From an uncultured Bacteriovoracaceae bacterium (GTDB taxonomy: Bacteria > Bdellovibrionota > Bacteriovoracia > Bacteriovoracales > Bacteriovoracaceae): DNA of 64,000 bases. The translations under genes were made by a program, and so were the position numbers. This document shows positions 28,985-39,218 of the stretch, piece after piece. The notes beneath the pieces were generated by a model. It saw only the letters and a program-made list of their open reading frames with translations, searched no databases and was not told the origin of the DNA. The first letter of the stretch is position 1, and every line of letters starts with the position of its first letter. The stretch spans positions 32,001-96,000 of the forward strand of contig CAXGUD010000007.1 of NCBI GenBank assembly GCA_964012805.1. Reading direction: 5' to 3'.

Positions 28985-31066
28985 TTAATTTAAATTACCT
29001 ATTTTATTAACCGTATAATCAAAATATTCAAAAGATCTTTTATCATCACTTTTATTAATAACTTTTATTAAGGCAAAATCATTTGATGAACTAATTTCAA
29101 AAATTGTTTCTGCTATAATTAGTGTATTTCCAAAAGTTTTTGACTTGGCTAAAGTTTCCCAGCTGCTACTATCTTTTTTCTTAATCATAAGTTCTATCGA
29201 AGTCATTTTAGACGACTGAGAATTAGTACAGTTTGCCTTAAAAGAAAATTTATAAAGTCCTCTACCATTTACTTTTAAAACGTTATCTTTTCTTTCAATG
29301 AATTCATTAATATTTTTTGAACCCAATTTGTCTATTCCATTCATTGGAAGATTCTTATCTTTTTGAACTTCTTTAGTTTCACTAATTTGATGGCTATAAA
29401 ACAAATGACTTTGAATATTTCCGATTTGCTTTTCTGCCCAGCCTTTATTAACAGCGTCTGTATCTTTTTCTGGTGACCCCAGTCCTGTGATATTAAAAGA
29501 GTTCATGAAAAGATTTCCTCTAAGATTTATATTGCCATTAACCTCGAGTTTCTCACTTGGCATTGTGGTTCCGATTCCAATATTCCCATCTTGACTTATA
29601 TAGAAGTCCTGAATATTTCCAAGGTTTAATATATTTCTGATTTCGGAAGCCTCTTTAAGGACAATTTTTGAACCATCGCTTCCGATGAGAGTATTTTCTT
29701 TAAGTTGAAGTTTAGATATCTCTGTAAGCCGGTCACTGTACTTTTGAACATCTCTTCCAGGCCTTAAACCTAAGTTGCTTTGGGCAGCACTAATTGAACT
29801 TGCCCCTGTTCCCCCTCTTTCAATATCTAAAACCTCTATCGAACTTATATTTCCTGATTCATCATTGATTAAAATATGGCCAGGACTTGAGGGGTCACTT
29901 TCTAATTTAGACCTTTTGATATTTGCACCATCGTTAATATCTTCATCAATGATTGATCCATCAGCAATCTTTTCAGATGAAACGGAATTATTAGCAAGTT
30001 TTTCATTTGTAATAGACTCATCTAAGATTTTATTCCCACTTATTGATAAATCGCTCATTTTTTCTGTAGATATAGCGTTATTTTGAATCTTATCATTGGT
30101 AATTGAGTTGTCTTTAATATCTTCATTTTTAATTTTTAAGTCGGACGGAAGCCATTTTTCTTCATCTTGGTTCCATGTGAGAACTTGCCCATCAGCAGGG
30201 ATGACGTCTCCTACATCACCAAGGTCAGATATTCTAGAGTTTTCCTTATTTATTTGGTCCCAACTATAATCCCCGTAAGTTGCCTCTATTGAGCCATCCC
30301 TACCAAAAACACTTGTTATTTTTCCAGAATTATTTATTCTTTTCCAATTATCTCCATCGCTAATTATCCAGTCACCTTCATACCAACTTTCATTTGCTTT
30401 AATTATATTTGAGATACCGGATTTACTAACAATAAAGAAATCTCCAACTTGTCCAATTTCTTTATCTTCTGAAGGTGAATCTGGATTATTCTCAACATTC
30501 CATACGCCTCTAAATTGAATACTATTTAGGGGCGTTGGTTCCCAAGTTTTATTTTTACTATCCCACCTTAAGTAATCTCCGTCTTTGGCGCCCATGCTGG
30601 ATAACTTAGAGGAATTTATTGACCCTTTTTTTAATTTTTCTCCATTAATACTTCCATCTATTATTTTTTCATTTGATATACTATTCTCTGGAAACCTTAT
30701 TGATACTAAAAAAGGTGTTTGGCCATATGAATTCTCAATAAGAAAGATATAGGTCAGTCCTCCAGTTAAAAGTTCTAAAAAACCTTTGGGAGAAGCCTCA
30801 ACTTCATAAGGGTCTGTTTTATTTATATTAAGTTTATGATCTAAGTTATTCCCTGTTATTTTAATTGATTTAACTCCAATGAGGTTTTTTCCAGAAATTA
30901 AAAAACGATCATTTTTAAATAGAATTGATGAGACTTGTGGAAGTCCTTTATCTCTTCGTTCTTCGTCCGACTTACTAAAAATAAGCTGCACTTTTTCCTT
31001 TTTAAGAGGGAGACATGAGCTTATAGATAAGAATGTAATTAAAAGAATAATTTTTTTTCTAATCAT
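28985..31066 (-). CDS. Phage-tail-fibre-like lipoprotein, paralog of 25677-28979
   Basis: Lipobox LSISSC; SIxxxKI repeats; WYEGDWIISDG; FGRDGSIEATYGDYS; GNIGIGTTMPSEKLEVNGNI; DAVNKGW; C1q-like GLYKFSF head. Confidence 0.7.
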   Translation of the reverse strand: MIRKKIILLITFLSISSCLPLKKEKVQLIFSKSDEERRDKGLPQVSSILFKNDRFLISGKNLIGVKSIKITGNNLDHKLNINKTDPYEVEASPKGFLELLTGGLTYIFLIENSYGQTPFLVSIRFPENSISNEKIIDGSINGEKLKKGSINSSKLSSMGAKDGDYLRWDSKNKTWEPTPLNSIQFRGVWNVENNPDSPSEDKEIGQVGDFFIVSKSGISNIIKANESWYEGDWIISDGDNWKRINNSGKITSVFGRDGSIEATYGDYSWDQINKENSRISDLGDVGDVIPADGQVLTWNQDEEKWLPSDLKIKNEDIKDNSITNDKIQNNAISTEKMSDLSISGNKILDESITNEKLANNSVSSEKIADGSIIDEDINDGANIKRSKLESDPSSPGHILINDESGNISSIEVLDIERGGTGASSISAAQSNLGLRPGRDVQKYSDRLTEISKLQLKENTLIGSDGSKIVLKEASEIRNILNLGNIQDFYISQDGNIGIGTTMPSEKLEVNGNINLRGNLFMNSFNITGLGSPEKDTDAVNKGWAEKQIGNIQSHLFYSHQISETKEVQKDKNLPMNGIDKLGSKNINEFIERKDNVLKVNGRGLYKFSFKANCTNSQSSKMTSIELMIKKKDSSSWETLAKSKTFGNTLIIAETIFEISSSNDFALIKVINKSDDKRSFEYFDYTVNKIGNLN

Positions 31067-31103
31067 GTTTTTTACCCAAAAATGAGATAGGTTTCTATGA
31101 TCA

Positions 31104-31130
31104 TTATCGGCAAATAGAGGGAGTACTTGA
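31104..31130 (-). promoter_or_regulatory. Sigma28 (FliA)-type promoter of the fibre operon
   Basis: Minus strand reads TCAAG-N14-GCCGATAA, 37 nt upstream of the ATG at 31066. Confidence 0.7.
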
Positions 31131-31180
31131 GTATGAAGCTTGGTTTTTTTGTCAATAAAAAATGAGGAGGGGGATTTTCT

Positions 31181-32509
31181 TTAGATGTAAGAAGCTTTGT
31201 GATGGTCTAGGGTTTGATAAATATTTTTTAAATAGTCTTTTCCCTTTTTAGTAACTTTAAAGGAATTTAATGAGCCTTCGAGTATTTCATCTTTTTGAAA
31301 TGAGTGAAACCAATTTTCGATGGAGGGTAAGTCTTTTATAAGGGATTTGGGTAATTTACAGTTGTGTCCAGCTATAAGATCTTCATAAATATTTTGAGTG
31401 ATATTTTCTTTATTCGATTGCTTATGATTTCTCCATATCGCAAAGCTTTTTTTATCAATTTCAAAAATGTATTTTTCTAAGATCCTTTCATTTTGAAAGT
31501 ATACATCATTGACTTGGCTCATAGCTGAAACACCAAGACCAAGGAGAAAATTGCTCTTACCAGAATAAATACCCATCATATTTCTTTTTAATGACTTCTC
31601 CTCAAATGCCTTACCAAGACGACCTTCAGGTTTTATAAAAAAGCCCATCCCAGGATGGTAATAATTTTTACTCTCAAGAAGCTGTTTTCCTTTTAAGTAA
31701 AGGGCAAATTTATCTTCTAGGCCAGGGGGGGAGAAGTTGCCAAAAGCTTTTTGTCCTTTCTTTTGCCATGGTACATTGGCAAGAGAGTAGAACGCAATTA
31801 AGTCAGGAGATAATTCAAGCAAATATTCGAAAGTTTTTTCCAAGCTACTAACGCTTTGAAAAGGGAGTCCATAGATGAGATCAAAGGCAATTTCCTCGAA
31901 ATCTAGATCTTTTGCTAAATCGACAACTTTCACTAATTTTTCTTTGGATTGTTTACGGTTAACGTTTTCCAAAACATCAATGTCTAAATCTTGAACGCCA
32001 ATGGATATCCTTTTTATCCCATACTTTTTAAATAACTTTAGTTTTTCCAGAGTTACAAAGCGCGGGTCAATTTCAACTGTTCCCTCTTTCAGTTTTTGAG
32101 GGCCATTTGGAAAAAGAAAAGAAAAGAGTTTTGCTAAGGATTTTTCTGATAGGAAAGTTGGAGTTCCTCCTCCTAAGTAAACGGATGATATTTTAGGTTC
32201 TTGATCTGTTATGTTCTCTTTGAAAAAATTCCACTCTTTTTCAAGAGAGTCGACATAGGAGATGCCCTCTTTGTGATTCTTTGTAATTTTTATATTACAT
32301 CCACAAAAAGTACAAAGGCTTTCACAAAAAGGAATGTGGATATAGAGGTCAATGCCTTGTTTGGGATTATAAGATTTTTGCAAGTGGGATATGAGACCAT
32401 TTTGTGAAACTGAGTTTTTCCAATAGCTCACCGAAGGAAAGTAACTGTACCGACTTCCAGGGCTATGGTATTTAAGCATTAAATCTATCTCAGATTTTAT
32501 CAGTTTCAT
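31181..32509 (-). CDS. hemN: Oxygen-independent coproporphyrinogen III oxidase (radical SAM)
   Basis: LYIHIPFCESLCTFCGC, GGGTPT, SIGVQD, DLIYGLP; located in the heme operon. Confidence 0.88.
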   Translation of the reverse strand: MKLIKSEIDLMLKYHSPGSRYSYFPSVSYWKNSVSQNGLISHLQKSYNPKQGIDLYIHIPFCESLCTFCGCNIKITKNHKEGISYVDSLEKEWNFFKENITDQEPKISSVYLGGGTPTFLSEKSLAKLFSFLFPNGPQKLKEGTVEIDPRFVTLEKLKLFKKYGIKRISIGVQDLDIDVLENVNRKQSKEKLVKVVDLAKDLDFEEIAFDLIYGLPFQSVSSLEKTFEYLLELSPDLIAFYSLANVPWQKKGQKAFGNFSPPGLEDKFALYLKGKQLLESKNYYHPGMGFFIKPEGRLGKAFEEKSLKRNMMGIYSGKSNFLLGLGVSAMSQVNDVYFQNERILEKYIFEIDKKSFAIWRNHKQSNKENITQNIYEDLIAGHNCKLPKSLIKDLPSIENWFHSFQKDEILEGSLNSFKVTKKGKDYLKNIYQTLDHHKASYI

Positions 32510-32524
32510 AAATTGTGTTTTGCT

Positions 32525-33571
32525 CTAGTAGTTAAAATTCTCGTGAATATAGCTGACAAGTTTTTTAACATTATCTTGTGGAGTCGTTCTAAGAACGCCA
32601 TGGCCAAGACCACATATCCATTTGTCTAGGTTAATATTTGGCGTATCGATTAATTTGTTCCAATAATTTGAAGCGTATTTTTCAAGCTGTTCCCAGGGTA
32701 AATGCAAGTAAGATGGGTCTATATTTCCTTGAATGAAGTAATCATTTCCGAGTTCTTTTAGAGCAACTTCAATTGAATGCCTCCAATCAATACCTAAAAC
32801 GTCAATGTTGTCATCTTCCAGAGCCTTAAGGTAGTTAAGGTGAGTTAATTTAGAATAATAGATTATTTTTTTGTTTGGATATTTGGCTTTAAAGTTACCC
32901 GTTAATTTCTTAATCCTTGGGATAATAAATTGTTTAAAGTCATCTAAGGTTAGTTCTCCAACGGCAGTATCAAAGAGGCAGAGAGCATCCGCTCCTCCTT
33001 CTGCTTGGATTTCCATATTTTTCTCAAGCTCTGGGAGTAAGATGTCCATAAACTTGTCAAAACGACCATCGTAAAAGCCAAGCTTTGAGTAGGTTAGGTT
33101 CCCTGCGTGGGAACCTTCTGTTGCATAAGTATATAGAGTGAAGGGGGCACCGACAAAACCGAGCAACGTCTTTTGAGGAGGAAGAGCTTTTTTAAGTAAG
33201 CCTAAAGCATCTCCTTGAAATTTATAGAATTCTTCTGACTTTTGAATAACCTTTAGATTTTTTAAAGAGTCAAGAGAGTCCATTTTCCACTCAAGTGTTG
33301 GTGGTCCAGTGTGATAACTTAGCCCCATGTTTAATTGTTCAAGGGGGAAAAGAAGGTCTGAAAATAAAATAGCAGCATCAAAATTGAAGTCATCAATAGG
33401 TCCCATTGTTATCTCGAGGGCCAATTTAGGATTTTTACACATTGTCATGAAATCAGAGTCTTTTTTGATTCCCTGGTAATGGCTGTGGTAACGACCTGCT
33501 TGCCTCATAAACCATACAGGGACTTTTGTTTTTCCTTCATTTGTCTTTTCTCTATTTTCAAATAAAATCAT
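32525..33571 (-). CDS. hemE: Uroporphyrinogen decarboxylase
   Basis: PVWFMRQAGRY, DAAILFSDLL, GAPFTL, QGNIDP, LGHGV. Confidence 0.96.
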   Translation of the reverse strand: MILFENREKTNEGKTKVPVWFMRQAGRYHSHYQGIKKDSDFMTMCKNPKLALEITMGPIDDFNFDAAILFSDLLFPLEQLNMGLSYHTGPPTLEWKMDSLDSLKNLKVIQKSEEFYKFQGDALGLLKKALPPQKTLLGFVGAPFTLYTYATEGSHAGNLTYSKLGFYDGRFDKFMDILLPELEKNMEIQAEGGADALCLFDTAVGELTLDDFKQFIIPRIKKLTGNFKAKYPNKKIIYYSKLTHLNYLKALEDDNIDVLGIDWRHSIEVALKELGNDYFIQGNIDPSYLHLPWEQLEKYASNYWNKLIDTPNINLDKWICGLGHGVLRTTPQDNVKKLVSYIHENFNY

Positions 33572-34333
33572 CTATTTTTCCTCGTTAGTTTTTTCGTTTT
33601 TGAGGGACAACATATAACCAATGCCTCTAACACTTTTAATTTCAGCTATTTTATTTGTGCTTGGATGTGGCGAGTTGTCGGAATCAAAAAGTTTTCTTAG
33701 TTTTACGATGTAATTATCGACAGTTCTATTGGATGGAAAATGATTGCTTCCCCAAATCTTCTCAATCATGGTCTCTCGGGTGACAGCTTTATTTTGATTT
33801 TTATAAAGAAGCTCGAGAATCCGGCATTCTTTTTGTGAAAGAGTCGTAGATTGACCGTCTAACGCTTCGATTTCAAACCGGTCCGCAAAAAGTGTCATCG
33901 CTCCAATTTGAATAGGTTCAGAAGAGTTTAGATCATTCGAAATATTTTCTTGTGTTTCTAAAATCCTTTTAAGTCTGATTACAATTTCTTTAAGTGCGAA
34001 AGGTTTTGTAATATAATCTCTAGCACCAATTTCTAAACCTTCAACTTTTATATCCGGGTCATTTTGCGCTGATAGAAAAAGGAGGACAAAGTCTTCTCTT
34101 TCAAGTCTTAGTTTTTTTGCTAAATCAAGTCCATTGGTATCAGGTAACCCTATATCCATTAGAACGATGCGAGGCTTTTCTTTTTTAAAGACTTGATAAG
34201 CATCTCTACCATTAGTTGCTAAAAAGCATGCATAACCGATACTTCTTAGGTATTCAGAAAGGGTCACTCCAAGATTCTTTTCATCTTCAACAATAAGGAT
34301 AGGGAGGCCAGGGCCAGCTTCTAAATGATTCAT
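33572..34333 (-). CDS. OmpR/PhoB-family response regulator (HemR-like)
   Basis: IVEDE, MDIGLPD, KPF; winged helix RTVDNYIVKLRK...SVRGIGY. Confidence 0.9.
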   Translation of the reverse strand: MNHLEAGPGLPILIVEDEKNLGVTLSEYLRSIGYACFLATNGRDAYQVFKKEKPRIVLMDIGLPDTNGLDLAKKLRLEREDFVLLFLSAQNDPDIKVEGLEIGARDYITKPFALKEIVIRLKRILETQENISNDLNSSEPIQIGAMTLFADRFEIEALDGQSTTLSQKECRILELLYKNQNKAVTRETMIEKIWGSNHFPSNRTVDNYIVKLRKLFDSDNSPHPSTNKIAEIKSVRGIGYMLSLKNEKTNEEK

Positions 34334-35226
34334 ATAAGGGCCCTCTTTTTATTAAATGAGTCTCCTCTTTTGAAAGAGAGTTGGAAAGATAACTGAGGTC
34401 CCAATTTGAAGAAGACTTGGCCATTCATCTTCTTTATAAGCTTCTTTATAAGGTATAGGCCAATCCCAGACCCTTTCGGAGAATTATGTTTGTAAAAAAG
34501 GGTGCCCAGTTTTTGAGGGTCACCTCTAAAGATACCTTGGTCTGAGTACTCAATAAGGATTGTATCTGAAGCCTTTTCTGAAATGTCGATCGTGATAAGT
34601 TCATTTGGGGAATGATTTTTCGAGTTCTCTAGAAGGTTTCTAAAAATCAACTCTAAAGCAAAAGGGTCTGCTAGAACCTGAATATTCTTTTTAATCGATC
34701 TAATCTGAAAGTCTTGTTCACCTAAACTCCATTTACTTAATGTTTCTTTAATAAATGAATGAATTTCGAGACTAGATGGATTGAGGTTTCCTCCCTGCTC
34801 CATTCTTGAAAGCTGAAGGATTTTATCCATCTGTGTTTCAAGATTTTTAGTGTCTTCAATCATCCTTTCAGATAGGCTGTGAAGTTGTTTGTTTTTTGAT
34901 GATTCAAGAAGATTACTAATGACATCTGCTTGAAGTCTTATACTCGCTAATGGCGTTTTTAATTCATGAGTAAGAGAGGAGAAAAATGCTTGAACATCTC
35001 GAGTTTTTTTCTGATCTTTTAAATAATAAGCAAAAATAATGGCCGAAATTAAAGATATTAAAATTAAAAAAGTGGCACCCTCCCAGGCTACCATGGATAT
35101 AAAGTTTTCTTTGGTATTAATACTCTTAAGGTTTACCAAAAGGTAAAACCACCAAGTTGCTATCCCAAGAAGAACTAGTGCCAGAAGGGCAAAAAGAATA
35201 ATGAGTAATTTATTATTCTTTTTCAA
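34330..35226 (-). CDS. Sensor histidine kinase (HemK-like of the HemKR system)
   Basis: Two TM helices with a very short loop; THELKTPLAS; RNLLENS; GSGIGL. Confidence 0.9.
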   Translation of the reverse strand: MKKNNKLLIILFALLALVLLGIATWWFYLLVNLKSINTKENFISMVAWEGATFLILISLISAIIFAYYLKDQKKTRDVQAFFSSLTHELKTPLASIRLQADVISNLLESSKNKQLHSLSERMIEDTKNLETQMDKILQLSRMEQGGNLNPSSLEIHSFIKETLSKWSLGEQDFQIRSIKKNIQVLADPFALELIFRNLLENSKNHSPNELITIDISEKASDTILIEYSDQGIFRGDPQKLGTLFYKHNSPKGSGIGLYLIKKLIKKMNGQVFFKLGPQLSFQLSFKRGDSFNKKRALI

Positions 35227-36494
35227 TTATAAAGCCTCCTCTCTAGGTCTTTAAGAACCTCTGAATCGTGGGCCAAGCTCACAAAACCTATTTCATAAGC
35301 ATTTGGAGAGAGATAAATACCTTTCTCTAAAAGTGTCTCAAAGAGAGGAAGAAACTCTTGTGTTAGGTTCTGCGGAATATCGTCTATTGATTTGAGGTTT
35401 GAGTTATTGGGAGCAAACCAGAAAAGAGACTTGTATCTGATTATTTTATAATGAGAAAATTTACCATTTTCATAACTTTTAAACCAATCGTTAAAAAGCT
35501 CTTCAATTTTTAGGGCATTATCATCAACTTTTTTGTAAGTAGCTTCGTCTAATTGTTGAAGGGTTGATAAGCCTCCTACCATGGCAAGAGGATTAGCACT
35601 CAATGTTCCTGCTTGGTAGACATCACCTACGGGAGCAAGAGTTTCCATAACAGACTTAGTCGCAGCGATGGCGCCTACAGGAAGGCCTCCCCCTATAACT
35701 TTTCCATAAGTCACAATATCAGGTGTGATGTCTAAATCATGGGCCATACCAGAGAAGTTAACTCTGAAACCAGAAATAACTTCATCAAAAATAAGAAGGC
35801 TTCCATTTGCTTTACAAAGACTGTTTATTTTTTTGAGGAAGTCAGGGTTTTGTATAAGAAGGCCATTATTCGCTGGTAGCGGTTCAATAATGACTCCTGC
35901 AATCGATTCACCGTGAACGTCAAAACACTCTTGAAGTGCTTTTTCATCATTTAAATCTAAAATAAGCGTATCTTCGGCTACATTTTTTGGGATACCCTTT
36001 GAGCTTGCTGTCGATGTGCCCGCTAACCCAGAGCCGGCTTTAATTAACATTGAGTCAACATGACCATGATAACAACCATTAAATTTAAGAAGTTTATCTC
36101 TCCCCGTTTTTCCTCTTGCCAGCCGGAGGGCCGTCATAACGGCTTCTGTACCGGAGTTCACGAAACGTATTTGATCTAAAAAAGGAATCCTACTTAAAAT
36201 ATACTCTGCAAGTTCTAGCGAATAAGGTTCACATGCACCATAGGACCAACCTTTTTTGAGCGCCTGTTGGAGGCTTTTTTCTACCTTACTATTTTTGTGC
36301 CCTAAAATTAAAGGACCAAAGCTCATGCAAAAATCGATATATGATTTTCCTTCAGTATCTTGTATATAAGCACCTTCTGCTTTTTCCATAAAGCGCGGAG
36401 TTGACTCGAGTCCCTTAAAGCTTCTCACTGGAGAATGGACTCCTCCCGGAACCAATTGTTTTGATCGTTCAAAAAGATTTTTTTGATTTTCCAT
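35223..36494 (-). CDS. hemL: Glutamate-1-semialdehyde 2,1-aminomutase
   Basis: PGGVHSPVR, NSGTEA, YHGH, FDEVISGFR, GKVIGGGLP, YQAGTLS. Confidence 0.97.
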   Translation of the reverse strand: MENQKNLFERSKQLVPGGVHSPVRSFKGLESTPRFMEKAEGAYIQDTEGKSYIDFCMSFGPLILGHKNSKVEKSLQQALKKGWSYGACEPYSLELAEYILSRIPFLDQIRFVNSGTEAVMTALRLARGKTGRDKLLKFNGCYHGHVDSMLIKAGSGLAGTSTASSKGIPKNVAEDTLILDLNDEKALQECFDVHGESIAGVIIEPLPANNGLLIQNPDFLKKINSLCKANGSLLIFDEVISGFRVNFSGMAHDLDITPDIVTYGKVIGGGLPVGAIAATKSVMETLAPVGDVYQAGTLSANPLAMVGGLSTLQQLDEATYKKVDDNALKIEELFNDWFKSYENGKFSHYKIIRYKSLFWFAPNNSNLKSIDDIPQNLTQEFLPLFETLLEKGIYLSPNAYEIGFVSLAHDSEVLKDLERRLYN

Positions 36495-36534
36495 AGGGCA
36501 GTTCCTTTTATCTTTGCATCGTCATTTAAAATTA

Positions 36535-38163
36535 TTATTTTAAGGATGAAGAATTAATCCATGATTTGAAGTCATCCATATGAGCAAAGGGAGTTACGAT
36601 TGTATTTGTCTTTTTAAAATTTTCTAATGTTTTTCCTAATCCACAACAATGAATACGATCTCTAATAAAAGGAAACCGCTCTTTATATTTTTCGTATTGA
36701 AAATAACTAGTCCAATAAAAGACTTGAGCATTTTGAATTTCTTTCTCATAATCCTCAGGGCTATCTTGGACAATTCTAGTGTAAGCAGGGATAGATCTTC
36801 CTATCAGGCTTTTTGCTTGGTCATTAGTCAAAACCCACCAAGGGTGATCGATCGTGTTTTTGTCTGATACTCCTAAAAGAAGCTGAATCGTGTGAGATTT
36901 TTTTAACGATAGAATTTCATTTTCTCCAAATGAATCTGCTGTTCCGTTAACCCAGTATCCATTTTGTGCCAGCTTTTTCATCGTCTTGCTACCTGAAGCC
37001 CAGAGTGAGCAAGGGTTTGAAATACCTTCTAAGGCCTTAGTACAGTAATCACTTGTTATATAGAAATGGCCTTTATTGAGCTCAGCTTCAAAGTTTTCTG
37101 ATAACGTTTGAGGCTTTTTTTGAATAATTTGATCAAAGAGAATTTTAGAGCCTTTTAGTTCCCAATCTTTTTCAGACTTAAACTTATTTTGTATTTTATC
37201 AATTGGGAGGCCAACAAAGATAGATTTGCCTTTAGGAAGTTTTGGTAGATTAGATTCTCTTTCAAAAAATTGTTTCTCAACAATACCCTCTTTTTCTGAA
37301 TGACCTTGATGAGTATGAATAAATCCACCAACAATTTTTTTCACATGTATTCCAACAGCTAGGTGACATCCTCCGCCATATTCGTTGAATGCTTTTCGTT
37401 CCCTTTGAATTTCACTTGAAGTTTCGCTGTCATGAATTTTATTTAAAGCCGACAGCAGCTCATTATTATCATTTCTTTCTTTTAAGCATTCAATGGCGAG
37501 AGCACCTTGGGATGCGGCAGCTGGAAATGTACTTTGAGGAAGAACCATAAAGTTGAGGTCTTTAAGAAGCTCTTCAAGTTTTGGTCTAGACTCTTTCCCA
37601 AGTGCCAGTCTTTCAAGGCCGGCGAGCGCGAGAACAATCCCATGATACTCACCTTTTCTTAATTTTTCTATTCTCGTATTAACATTACCTCTTAGTGGCT
37701 CCGTTTGAACTTCTACAGGGGCACTGTGTAAAGGTAAATAGTCCTTAAGGTAAGTTTTTAAATTATGCATACGTCTTGGCGAGCTTGTTCCAACTTTAAA
37801 GACTTTTAGGTTTGACCAGTTTTGTATAAGTTCTTTCTTTACAAGTAAGACGTCATGGCCAAATTGTCTTTTTGTTATAGCAGCAAGTGTTAATTCAGGA
37901 GGTCTTTGTGAGCCTAGGTCTTTATGAGAGTGAATCACTAAGTCAACAGCTTTGGTCTTTAAAGCTTCATCAAGTTCTTTAGTGAAAAAATTTTGTCCTT
38001 CAAGCTGCCACAAAGGGACTTTTTGATTTAAGTCACCCTGTGTTTTAATGACTTTAAGCTCGTATTGGTGTCCAGTAAGTTCTTCTAATTGTCGTCTTGT
38101 TTGATCAGCTTGCGTTAAGGCGAGAAGGCTCCCACGAGTTCCTATAGTAAATGTTTTAGGCAA
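36535..38163 (-). CDS. hemC: Hydroxymethylbilane synthase fused to a C-terminal HemD-like region
   Basis: IGTRGSLLA, FTKELD, HSHKD, GTSSPRR, RGNVNTR, GGGCHLAVG; ~230-aa extension. TTG at 38163 has a GGAGG SD, so preferred over the track start at 38226. Confidence 0.9.
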   Translation of the reverse strand: MPKTFTIGTRGSLLALTQADQTRRQLEELTGHQYELKVIKTQGDLNQKVPLWQLEGQNFFTKELDEALKTKAVDLVIHSHKDLGSQRPPELTLAAITKRQFGHDVLLVKKELIQNWSNLKVFKVGTSSPRRMHNLKTYLKDYLPLHSAPVEVQTEPLRGNVNTRIEKLRKGEYHGIVLALAGLERLALGKESRPKLEELLKDLNFMVLPQSTFPAAASQGALAIECLKERNDNNELLSALNKIHDSETSSEIQRERKAFNEYGGGCHLAVGIHVKKIVGGFIHTHQGHSEKEGIVEKQFFERESNLPKLPKGKSIFVGLPIDKIQNKFKSEKDWELKGSKILFDQIIQKKPQTLSENFEAELNKGHFYITSDYCTKALEGISNPCSLWASGSKTMKKLAQNGYWVNGTADSFGENEILSLKKSHTIQLLLGVSDKNTIDHPWWVLTNDQAKSLIGRSIPAYTRIVQDSPEDYEKEIQNAQVFYWTSYFQYEKYKERFPFIRDRIHCCGLGKTLENFKKTNTIVTPFAHMDDFKSWINSSSLK

Positions 38164-39091
38164 AATGTAATTCCTCCCAACCGAAGGGGTAATTGTACGA
38201 AAAAGAGTAGAATCTTTTTTCAACAATTCGATTGATTTCTTTCTGGGCCCTTTCTATTTTTAGTGTTTTTTCGTCGTTAAGGAATGTTCCTCGTTTAAAA
38301 ATATCATCAAGCCTGAATACGTTACTCTTAGCAGTTAGCTCCGTGTCTATCACAGAGGGATGCCCTAGATCAATAAAAAGCTTCTTCGGACAGGAATTCG
38401 ATGGAACGTCGTGCCATTTTTTGAAAAAGCTTCTATCAAATAGGATGCCTTCGGCTCCTATCGTGTTGATAACATTATAGGATTTAGCTATAGAACTTTT
38501 TTCTGCCCAGTGAATTGATTTTGTCTCATATAGATCGCAGATTTCCTTAACTTTTCCTTCATTTCTACCTGAAATTGTGACATTGAATTTTTTCTTAAGG
38601 ACTTTGATCAGGCTATGACACAATGCTCCTGTTCCTGTGATAAGAACATCGTTTGATGTAGAGTGTTGGAGAAGTATTTTTTTTGAAATTGAGCTGTATG
38701 ACTGTTGCCCAATTTCCCCTAGAAAATCAGTTTTAATATCTTTTGAGTCCTTAAGCAGTTTTTCAAGGACAGAGACAAGGAATAGGTTTTTTTGTGAAGA
38801 TCTTAAATAATTTCTAAAGGCGTGCTTAAATTGGCTAGCAATCTCATTCTCACCTTGCAATCTACTTTTTAGGCCGCAGATTGTTTCAAGCAGAAATGAG
38901 TAGGCTTTAATACCCTCTAAAGGTGTGTGCTCTGGAAGTGAAAAATGGACTATTTTCTTTAGAGAAAGGCTTTGTTTTAAGCCGACAATTAAGGTCCTTT
39001 GGCAGGTTTTAAGAATAAAGAGGTCTGATTGATCCAGATCAGGAGTTTTGATCCCTTGCGGAAAATGGTAAAGAGAGATTAAATCGATCAT
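38156..39091 (-). CDS. hemA: Glutamyl-tRNA reductase, compact form
   Basis: LKTCQRT (catalytic Cys), GLKSRLQGENEIASQFK, GTGAL, IDLGHP; first gene of the heme operon. Probable start is ATG at 39091 (track gives 39202). Confidence 0.75.
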   Translation of the reverse strand: MIDLISLYHFPQGIKTPDLDQSDLFILKTCQRTLIVGLKQSLSLKKIVHFSLPEHTPLEGIKAYSFLLETICGLKSRLQGENEIASQFKHAFRNYLRSSQKNLFLVSVLEKLLKDSKDIKTDFLGEIGQQSYSSISKKILLQHSTSNDVLITGTGALCHSLIKVLKKKFNVTISGRNEGKVKEICDLYETKSIHWAEKSSIAKSYNVINTIGAEGILFDRSFFKKWHDVPSNSCPKKLFIDLGHPSVIDTELTAKSNVFRLDDIFKRGTFLNDEKTLKIERAQKEINRIVEKRFYSFSYNYPFGWEELHFA

Positions 39092-39218
39092 CTTTTTGTA
39101 AGCCTTTTTGTGATCTGCAAAAAAAGGAGGTCTTAGTCCTTTTTTTGAAAGCCAAGAATTTGCCGCTGGGCATTTATATTTCCTCTGAAAGAGTTGTAAC
39201 ATTAAAAGGGTTTTTAAT

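Noticed and set aside
25677..31066. Prophage tail region
   Set aside because: No capsid, terminase, baseplate or lysis genes; the proteins have signal or lipoprotein N-termini and a host sigma28-type promoter.
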